Assembly (NCBI RefSeq): GCF_000014785.1
Contig: NC_008340.1
Span: forward strand, 2,730,001 to 2,762,000
Source: Alkalilimnicola ehrlichii MLHE-1
GTDB lineage: Bacteria; Pseudomonadota; Gammaproteobacteria; Nitrococcales; Halorhodospiraceae
Length of the DNA: 32,000 bases
Direction: 5' to 3'
The stretch's first letter is position 1, and each line of letters begins with the position of its first letter. Position numbers and translations under genes: made by a program. Below, one piece after another: positions 25,983-32,000 of this stretch. A model generated the notes under the pieces. That model was not told where the DNA came from. It saw only the letters and a program-made list of their open reading frames with translations, and ran no database searches.

Positions 25983-25998
25983 TGGCATTGCATTTGCT
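25983..25998 (+). promoter_or_regulatory. Putative sigma54 (-24/-12) promoter TGGCAT-N5-TTGCT
   Basis: The sequence TGGCATtgcatTTGCTT has GG and GC separated exactly as in the consensus TGGCAC-N5-TTGCW. It lies about 46 nt upstream of the ATG at 26044, which has an AGGAG Shine-Dalgarno at 26031-26035. It sits in an unusually AT-rich 380-bp intergenic region. Confidence 0.6.
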
Positions 25999-26043
25999 TA
26001 AACCCCTCACCGAAAACCGCCGATTCGGCTAGGAGATCCGGTA

Positions 26044-27153
26044 ATGAGTAGCGATAGCACAGTGATTCCAAGAGATACCAATAGCGGCTGGGCCGCGGAA
26101 CGGGCTCGCCGCGGCGGCAGGCAGCGCCACTCCAAGTGGTGGCTGCTCGCCGTCATCGTCTCAGTGACGCTAAGCCTTCCGCTCAGCGGCTACCTGGCGC
26201 CGGCGGCCGCCAGCCAAGGCGCGGATCTGGCGGGGTTCTATCCTGAGAGCCAGATCAGCTACAGCTGGTCGTCGCTACGCGAAGGGCCCCTCACGATCTT
26301 CGCCCTACTGGCCATCGCCGGGTCGATACTCGTCTTTCTCGCGTTCCATCTGTTCGCCGGCAAGGTAAGGATTGACGGCGGCCGGTCCGGCACCACCGTG
26401 CCGAGGTGGAGCAGGTTCGAGCGCCTTCTGCACTGGCTGCTCGCCGGCTCGTTCATCGTGCTGGCGATCACCGGCCTATCGCTGTTCTTCGGTCGGTACG
26501 CGCTGATGCCCTTGCTGGGGGAGAGGGGTTTCTCCACCTACGCCTCGGGGGCGATCTGGATTCATGAAACCATCGGGCTGGTATTCGTGGCCCTCCTGGT
26601 CGCCGCCATCCTGCAGTGGATAAAGGGCAACCTTTTCCGGAGCTACGACTGGCAATGGTTCAAGCAGGGCGGCGGCTATATCGGCGATCGCAACACCCAC
26701 CCGCCGGCAGGGAAGGCGAACGGCGGCGAAAAGCTCTACTTCTGGCTCGGCATCGTTAGCATGGGGTCGGTCACAGCGATCACCGGTCTCGTACTCTACT
26801 TCACCACTTGGACCGGATCGGAGGGCTTGGTCGCCTGGTCGTTGATTTTCCATGTGCTCGGCGCCGCAGGATTCATCGCCCTGGCGATCGGCCATGTCTA
26901 CCTGGGTGCCATCGGCAATGAAGGGACGCTGGAGGGCATGGTGAGCGGCCGGGTGGACTGCAACTGGGCGAAACAGCACCACAACATCTGGTACGAAGAG
27001 ATCCTCCAGGACGGCGTGCAGCCGGAGCCCGCGAGCACGTCTGCGGCAGACGCCTCCGTGCCGAGCGCAAAGAGTTCGAAGTCCACGGCAACCGACGCCG
27101 CGTCATTGACGATTCGGACCGACGATGCGCCGGCGCGTCGCCCTTTGTCTTGA
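26044..27153 (+). CDS. FdnI-type (formate-dehydrogenase-gamma-like, PF01292-type) di-haem cytochrome b membrane subunit with an N-terminal extension
   Basis: The core aligns with my recollection of E. coli FdnI. RFERLLHWLLAGSFIVLAITGL, IWIHETIGLVF, GKANGGEKLYFWLGIVSMGSVTAITGLVLYF, and IFHVLGAAGFIALAIGHVYLGAIGNEGTLEGMVSGRVDCNWAKQHHNIWYEEI. All four haem-ligand His positions are present. There is also a predicted signal peptide (WWLLAVIVSVTLSLPLSGYLAPAAA/SQ), one additional TM helix, and a Ser/Ala/Thr-rich tail of about 50 aa. Confidence 0.85.
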   Translation: MSSDSTVIPRDTNSGWAAERARRGGRQRHSKWWLLAVIVSVTLSLPLSGYLAPAAASQGADLAGFYPESQISYSWSSLREGPLTIFALLAIAGSILVFLAFHLFAGKVRIDGGRSGTTVPRWSRFERLLHWLLAGSFIVLAITGLSLFFGRYALMPLLGERGFSTYASGAIWIHETIGLVFVALLVAAILQWIKGNLFRSYDWQWFKQGGGYIGDRNTHPPAGKANGGEKLYFWLGIVSMGSVTAITGLVLYFTTWTGSEGLVAWSLIFHVLGAAGFIALAIGHVYLGAIGNEGTLEGMVSGRVDCNWAKQHHNIWYEEILQDGVQPEPASTSAADASVPSAKSSKSTATDAASLTIRTDDAPARRPLS

Positions 27154-27203
27154 GCCGAGCGCCCCGGGAAGTCCCCTGTGGCCGTAGGCTATTGAATGAG
27201 TTT

Positions 27204-27412
27204 GTTGCGAGCCCCCTCCCCGCTGCGCGGGCCCGAATCAACGAGGAACGGGGTACCCCTGTCATCGCGAGGGCCGAAGGCCCGTGGCGATCCAGGGCGG
27301 TAGACTGCCGCGTCGGCTTCGCCTCCTCGCAGTGACGGTGGGGGTGGGGCCCCGCTCGCAGTGACGGTGGGGGCAACCTTCCGCTTCCGGCACAGTCCAG
27401 TTCTTCAAGAGG
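27204..27412. repeat. REP/BIME-like repeat cluster 6, inside the molybdoenzyme operon
   Basis: GCGAGCCCCCTCCCCGCTGCGCGGGCCCGAATCAACGAGGAACGGGGTACCCCTGTCATCGCGAGGGCCGAAGGCCCGTGGCGATCCAGGGCGGTAGACTGCCGCGTCGGCTTCGCCTCCTCGCAGTGACGGTGGGGG..., followed by the CCGCTTCCGGCACAGTCCAGTTCTTCAAGAGG module, which ends at the Shine-Dalgarno of the next gene. Confidence 0.9.
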
Positions 27413-27423
27413 AGAGAGCACGA

Positions 27424-29904
27424 ATGAATGTACTGCAGAATAAGCTCAACAGGAGACGATTCCTGCAGGCGTCCGGGGCCGCCGGTGCGGCGGGTGTGGC
27501 AGGCCTGAATGCGATCCCAGGTATATCGACGCTGGAGGCCAGCCCTGGGACCCGGGCGCGGGCCACGTCGGATACCGTCGTCACCAAGAGCGTCTGCCAG
27601 CAGTGCTCCACTCGCTGCGGGCTCGACGTCTATACGACCAACGGCCGGGTGCATGCCATCTACGGCAATCCAGACGCTCCGTTATCCAACGGCAAGCTCT
27701 GCCCCAAAGGCCACCTGGGCCCATACATCCTTTACGATGCCGACCGCTTCAAGGGGCCGATGAAGCGCACCAATCCCAAGAAGGGCCGCAACGAAGACCC
27801 GGGCTTCGTGCCGATCTCCTGGGACGAGGCCCTGGATACGGTCGCTGCCCGCTTGACGGCGCTGCGCGAGCGGAACGAGTCGCATCGCTTCGTTGTGGCG
27901 TACGGCCGCGGCTGGGGCCCCGCCGACGCCGGCCTGTTCGGCACCTGGGGCCGGTTGTACGGCTCCTCGAGCATCGGCATCGGCCATTCGAGCATCTGCG
28001 CCGATGGCTCCAAGAAGGTCAAGCGCGCCATGGACGGCAATGACTCATACAACTCCTACGACTACGAGAATTGCAATTGCCTGCTGATCTTCGGCGCCGG
28101 CTTCCTCGAGTCTTTCCGGCCTTACAATGCCAACATGCAGATGTGGGGCAGGATGCGCAGCAAGGGCACCCGCATCACCATGGTCGATGTGCGCAACTCT
28201 GTGACCGCCGCCGCTGCCGATCGCAAGCTGATCGTGTCTCCCGGCACTGACGGTGCGATCGCTTTGGCCATCGCCCACGTCATCCTCACCGAAGGCCTGT
28301 GGGACAGGCCCTTCGTTGGCGACTTCACCCGGTCCCGACTGCGATTCGAGACCGGCAAGCCGATCGATCCCGACACCTTCTCGGAAAACTGGGTGAAGGA
28401 CCTTCCGGCTTGGTGGAACACAACGCTGAAGGACGCCACTCCTGCCTGGGCCGAGGGCATCACCGGCGTGCCGGCGGAGAAGATCGTCGCCACGGCGAAG
28501 GAGTTCGGCAGCACCCGGCCGGCCATAGCGGTGTTCGAGCGCGGTCCCACGGCGCACACCAACGGCGCCTACAACGGCATGGCCATTCACGCCCTGAACG
28601 CGCTGGTCGGCTCAATGTTCGCCAAGGGTGGCCTGAGCTACCAGATGGGCTCGTCCGCCGGCAGCCTGCCGATCAACCCCGATGACTACATGGACGACTA
28701 CGCCCGTGAGATGGAGGGCAAATACCCGCGCATCGATATGGCGCGGACCGACGCCTGGCCGATGACCTCCAACATGATCCAGGACATCGCCAAGAACCAT
28801 CTGACCGGCTCACCGTACAAGATGGACACGATCATGTTCTATACGGTGGGTCCGATCTATTCCGGCCCCGACTGCACGGTGTGGGAAGAGGCACTCCAGG
28901 ACGTGTTCGTGATCGACACCTCGCCCTCGCCGCAGGAGAGTGCGCAGTTCGCCGACCTGATCCTGCCCGATCACACCTACCTGGAACGACTCGAAGTCGC
29001 CAACACTTACCCGTTCCAGGGCTATCCGATGTCGATGATCCGCGAGCCGGCGGTAAAACCGCTTTACGACACGATGCAGTTCGGCAACATCATGATCGAA
29101 CTTGGCAAGCGGATGCCCGGCCCGATGGCCGATTACTACCAGCAGGTGGGCAGTGTCGAGAACGTGGTGGCCGCATTCGCCGCGGGCTTTGAAAACGACC
29201 CCGGCGATAACGGCGTTAATGACCTGGCCAGCTTCAAAGAGAAGGGTGTCTGGTACAAGACCCCCTATTTGTGGCGCCAAATCGACGGCGAGTTCTACGA
29301 ATGGGACGGCCACCGCTACAGCATTCGGATGAGCGAGGACGATGTTAAGGCGAAACTGCTGAAGACCCCATCCGGGAAGTTCGAGTTCCAGCCCGCTTGG
29401 TTCACCAACGAGAAACACGCCGCGCATATCCAGAAACATCTCGGTATTCCGCGCGATATGATCGGCTTCCCCCATTACGTCGAACCGCAATACCAGGGCG
29501 GCGGCGACCTGCACCTGATCAGCCCGAAGCTACCGCTCTCCGCTGAGGGGCGCTCCGCCAACCTGCCGCATACCCACGCGGTATGGCAACCCACGCAGGG
29601 TGGCACCGACACGGTGTACATGGAGATTCACCCACAGGCCGCCGCCGCCCGCGGCATCAAGGACCGCGACCGGGTCCGGATAAGCTCCTCGGTGGGCGCC
29701 ATCGAGTGCTTCGCCAGCGTCTCTGGCGGGGTGCCGAAGGACACGGTAGTGCTGCCGCTGGCCCACGGCCACTGGGGCTCCGGCCGTTGGGCCCAGAACA
29801 AGGGGGTTTCCGGCAGTGTCAACGAAGTCATTCCCAACGTCGTCGAGCCGGTTTCCGGGCTCGTGGCCTTCAGCGCCGCCAAGGTCTTCGTTGAGAAGGT
29901 TTGA
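27424..29904 (+). CDS. Tat-exported molybdopterin (Mo/W-bisPGD) oxidoreductase catalytic subunit, Psr/Phs/Arr-like clade with Cys metal ligand. Substrate unknown.
   Basis: The ATG at 27424 follows AGGAGA. Twin-arginine signal NRRRFLQASGAAGAAGVAG. FS0 motif C-x2-C-x3-C-x27-C (CQQCSTRCGLDV...NGKLCPKGH). RTNPKKGRNEDPGFVPISWDEAL. Probable Mo-ligand region IGHSSICADGSKK. SPGTDGAIALAIAHVIL. 826 aa with no in-frame stop, so there is no selenocysteine. Confidence 0.9.
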   Translation: MNVLQNKLNRRRFLQASGAAGAAGVAGLNAIPGISTLEASPGTRARATSDTVVTKSVCQQCSTRCGLDVYTTNGRVHAIYGNPDAPLSNGKLCPKGHLGPYILYDADRFKGPMKRTNPKKGRNEDPGFVPISWDEALDTVAARLTALRERNESHRFVVAYGRGWGPADAGLFGTWGRLYGSSSIGIGHSSICADGSKKVKRAMDGNDSYNSYDYENCNCLLIFGAGFLESFRPYNANMQMWGRMRSKGTRITMVDVRNSVTAAAADRKLIVSPGTDGAIALAIAHVILTEGLWDRPFVGDFTRSRLRFETGKPIDPDTFSENWVKDLPAWWNTTLKDATPAWAEGITGVPAEKIVATAKEFGSTRPAIAVFERGPTAHTNGAYNGMAIHALNALVGSMFAKGGLSYQMGSSAGSLPINPDDYMDDYAREMEGKYPRIDMARTDAWPMTSNMIQDIAKNHLTGSPYKMDTIMFYTVGPIYSGPDCTVWEEALQDVFVIDTSPSPQESAQFADLILPDHTYLERLEVANTYPFQGYPMSMIREPAVKPLYDTMQFGNIMIELGKRMPGPMADYYQQVGSVENVVAAFAAGFENDPGDNGVNDLASFKEKGVWYKTPYLWRQIDGEFYEWDGHRYSIRMSEDDVKAKLLKTPSGKFEFQPAWFTNEKHAAHIQKHLGIPRDMIGFPHYVEPQYQGGGDLHLISPKLPLSAEGRSANLPHTHAVWQPTQGGTDTVYMEIHPQAAAARGIKDRDRVRISSSVGAIECFASVSGGVPKDTVVLPLAHGHWGSGRWAQNKGVSGSVNEVIPNVVEPVSGLVAFSAAKVFVEKV

Positions 29905-29928
29905 TCGAATTAGCAGGAGTAAATTGCG

Positions 29929-30675
29929 ATGACTAAGTGGGGCATGGTTATAGACTTGGAGAAATGCACCGGCTGCCAGGCCTGCACGATCGCCTGTGGC
30001 ATGGAGAACAACCTTCTGCCGGGCGAGCACTGGCAGGACGTTCTCTATTACTCGGAAGGCCAACTACCGGACCACGAATTGAAGTGGCTGCCGAGGCCCT
30101 GCATGCAATGTGAAGATGCCACCTGCGTCACGGTCTGCCCGACGGGGGCAACCTATAAGGATGCGGAGGCGGGCGGCGTGGTTTTCATCGACTGGGACCG
30201 CTGCATCGGCTGCAAATATTGCATCGTGGCCTGCCCCTATGGTGTGCGCTTCTCCACGGCCGAGCTCAAAACGCAGTCGCCGGACATGCGCGAGGTCTTT
30301 CCCAGCGGCGACGGCCACACCTGGAATCCGCCCTGGAGGGCGCCGGATTCCCGGGACAACCCCAAACGCGGGATCGGCATCCCGCCGAAGAATGTGGTGA
30401 GCAAGTGCACCTTTTGTCATCACCGCACCTCCACCGCCCCCGCCGACACGGCGGATCTCGATCCGAGCAACCCGGACCTGCGCGAGCATACGCCGGCCTG
30501 TGTGGTGACCTGCGCCCCCGGGGCCCGTTACTTTGGCGACCTCAACAACCCGAACAGCCAGGTGTCCAAGCTCATCGCAGAGCACAACGGGCAACCGGTG
30601 CTGAGTCACCTGAAGAACAAGCCGCAGGTGTATTACCTCGGCCGCAAGCGCGCTTCGCCGTCCCGGAGCAGTTGA
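29929..30675 (+). CDS. Four-cluster [4Fe-4S] ferredoxin electron-transfer subunit (PsrB/DmsB/FdnH-like), no TM anchor
   Basis: AGGAG Shine-Dalgarno. Four Cys groups: CTGCQACTIAC, CMQCEDATCVTVCP, CIGCKYCIVACP, and CTFCHHR...ACVVTCAP. There is an insertion of about 40 aa before group IV. The C-terminus (GRKRASPSRSS) is hydrophilic. Confidence 0.9.
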   Translation: MTKWGMVIDLEKCTGCQACTIACGMENNLLPGEHWQDVLYYSEGQLPDHELKWLPRPCMQCEDATCVTVCPTGATYKDAEAGGVVFIDWDRCIGCKYCIVACPYGVRFSTAELKTQSPDMREVFPSGDGHTWNPPWRAPDSRDNPKRGIGIPPKNVVSKCTFCHHRTSTAPADTADLDPSNPDLREHTPACVVTCAPGARYFGDLNNPNSQVSKLIAEHNGQPVLSHLKNKPQVYYLGRKRASPSRSS

Positions 30676-30676
30676 G

Positions 30677-31510
30677 GTGGGGGTGGATGATACGTCGGGC
30701 CTGTCGTTGCAGGGCGAACTGCTCGCCTGCCTTGGGCAGGCGATGCAACCTCCGCGCTCGGATGCGTTCTTCAACGCGTTGCGGGATGGGTTGGTGGACG
30801 ATATCGCCGACCTATGCGGGGCACTCGGGGCGGAGTCCGTAGCCGCCGATCTGCCACCGTTGCGTTGCGCGTTGGGCGAGGTGGAGGATCGGGAGTCGTT
30901 GCTATTGGCCTACAGCGTGTTGTTTCTCGCGCCCCCGCCCAAGGTGCGCCTCAACCTGGTCCGATTGATGGATGGGGCTTCCAGTGGTGCCGGTCTCGGC
31001 TACCTGGACGAAATGCTGGCCAGGCACCAGCTCAACCTCCGCTCCGAACACCGGGAACTGCCGGATCACCTCACGGTGGTTCTGGAGTTGGCCGCCTGCC
31101 TGATCAGCCGGGGTGAGCAAGGCAATGACCAGGCAGAACGAGACGCCAAGGCCTTGCTGCAACAAATGGTGGCACCGGCAGCCCGACACCTTGCCGAAAC
31201 GGCGGCCGACGTGGAGCAGGCACATGGCCTGCCCAAGGTCTACTCACGGCTGCTGGCGCTGATCGGCACGACCGGCCAGGACCCGGATGGCTGTCTGCTT
31301 CCCGGCACCCGTTCGGTTGCCGGGGAGGCCACCGGTGCGAGCAAATCCGCGCCGGACACCGGCCCAGCCATGGCCGCCTGCGCGCGCTGCGGGACACCTT
31401 TCGTGAGCCTGCGCGACCAGGCGGTGCTGATCGCGCATTTACAGGAGGCGGGAGCGCCGGCCGATCATCTGCACGTCTGTCCCGACTGCCGCACGGGGCC
31501 CGGCGGCTGA
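30677..31510 (+). CDS. TorD/DmsD-family redox-enzyme maturation chaperone with a C-terminal CxxC...CxxC zinc-ribbon-like extension
   Basis: A GTG start 1 nt after the upstream stop (another GTG lies at 30683). LLLAYSVLFLAPPP...YLDEMLARHQLNL....ELPDHLTVVLELAACL is the TorD-family core. The tail is CARCGTPFVSLRDQAVLIAHLQEAGAPADHLHVCPDCR. Confidence 0.75.
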   Translation: MGVDDTSGLSLQGELLACLGQAMQPPRSDAFFNALRDGLVDDIADLCGALGAESVAADLPPLRCALGEVEDRESLLLAYSVLFLAPPPKVRLNLVRLMDGASSGAGLGYLDEMLARHQLNLRSEHRELPDHLTVVLELAACLISRGEQGNDQAERDAKALLQQMVAPAARHLAETAADVEQAHGLPKVYSRLLALIGTTGQDPDGCLLPGTRSVAGEATGASKSAPDTGPAMAACARCGTPFVSLRDQAVLIAHLQEAGAPADHLHVCPDCRTGPGG

Positions 31511-31583
31511 GGGCTTGGCGCGGTGCAGGGCGACACCCCTGGATGCTTCCAGGGAGGCTTCCAGCCCCGGCCAGGGGTGCGGG

Positions 31584-32000
31584 TCACCGGGACTCCACCG
31601 GCAGGCAGCCCTGTGCGGCCAGGCGCAGGCAGGCGTCCACCACCTCCGGGTCGTAGAGCCTGCCGCGCTTGGCGCGCAGTTCGTCCAGCGCCGCGGCCAG
31701 CCCCAGGGCGGGCCGGTAGGGGCGGTGGGAGGAGATGGCCTCGACCACGTCGGCTACGGCCAGAATGCGTGCTTCCAGCAGGATGGCCTCCCCCCGCAGG
31801 CCGTCCGGGTAACCGGAGCCGTCCAGCCGCTCGTGGTGTTGGCGAATGATCTCCGCCACCGGCCAGGGGAACTCGATCCCCTTGATGATCTCGTAGCCGA
31901 CGGCCGGATGGGTCTTGATCATCTCGAACTCGAGGTCACTCAGCCGCCCCGGGCGCGAGAGGATCTCCACGGGGATGGCGACCTTGCCGATGTCGTGGAT
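31584..32000 (-). CDS. HD-GYP domain protein, C-terminal part (continues beyond the right edge)
   Basis: The reverse complement of the window end reads IHDIGKVAIPVEILSRPGRLSDLEFEMIKTHPAVGYEIIKGIEFPWPVAEIIRQHHERLDGSGYPDGL....I.LEARILAVADVVEA. This gives the HDxGK, HHERxDGxGYP and ADxxxA motifs of HD-GYP phosphodiesterases. Confidence 0.85.
   Translation of the reverse strand: MHDIGKVAIPVEILSRPGRLSDLEFEMIKTHPAVGYEIIKGIEFPWPVAEIIRQHHERLDGSGYPDGLRGEAILLEARILAVADVVEAISSHRPYRPALGLAAALDELRAKRGRLYDPEVVDACLRLAAQGCLPVESR

Noticed and set aside
27424-29904. Idea that the Mo subunit is a formate dehydrogenase, because of the FdnI-like partner
   Set aside because: There is no in-frame TGA (selenocysteine) and no FdnG-like length or N-terminal pattern. 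The alpha subunit is 826 aa with Psr/Phs/Arr-like motifs (RTNPKKGRNEDP, HSSICADG). Formate is therefore unlikely, though not formally excluded without a phylogeny.
31537-31554. Short hairpin CCCTGGA-tgct-TCCAGGG between the convergent TorD-like and HD-GYP genes
   Set aside because: It has only a 7-bp stem and no U-tract on either strand, which is too weak to call a terminator.
25661-31583. Search for mobility genes or direct repeats bounding the lower-GC molybdoenzyme block
   Set aside because: I could find no integrase, transposase, tRNA gene or flanking direct repeat by eye. I therefore do not call it a mobile element, only a compositionally distinct block.

Overview
This is a high-GC chromosomal window (sampled lines are often above 70% G+C). 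Gene content looks gammaproteobacterial: gspC-gspD, bamD, tesA/ybbA/ybbP, rdgC, slyD, can and yheS. The acidic secreted proteins fit a halophilic or alkaliphilic Chromatiales/Ectothiorhodospiraceae-like organism, but that is inference only.

I support about 30 protein genes, mostly housekeeping. No rRNA, tRNA, CRISPR array, transposase or integrase was recognised.

Three things stand out:
1. At 25.7-31.5 kb there is a visibly lower-GC, apparently sigma54-driven four-gene respiratory molybdoenzyme module. It consists of an FdnI-type di-haem cytochrome b, a Tat-exported Psr/Phs/Arr-clade Mo-bisPGD subunit, a four-cluster ferredoxin, and a TorD-like chaperone with a zinc-ribbon tail. The subunit combination and gene order are unusual, and the substrate cannot be called from sequence.
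2. A modular REP/BIME-like palindromic repeat family (core GTCAYYGCGAGG ... GGCRRTCYA) fills six intergenic regions, about 2.3 kb in total. It includes perfect 140-bp and 61-62-bp tandem duplications and one insertion inside the molybdoenzyme operon. It also generates many phantom ORFs in the supplied track.
3. A co-directional run CHAD protein - orphan ParA-like ATPase - beta-carbonic anhydrase - two Slp lipoproteins could be a cargo (polyphosphate granule?) positioning pair. This is hypothesis only.

Many long ORFs in the track are antisense or off-frame artefacts of the GC content, and I rejected them. Several true starts lie internal to the track ORFs. I re-derived those from ATG/TTG/GTG codons with Shine-Dalgarno motifs and from family N-termini.
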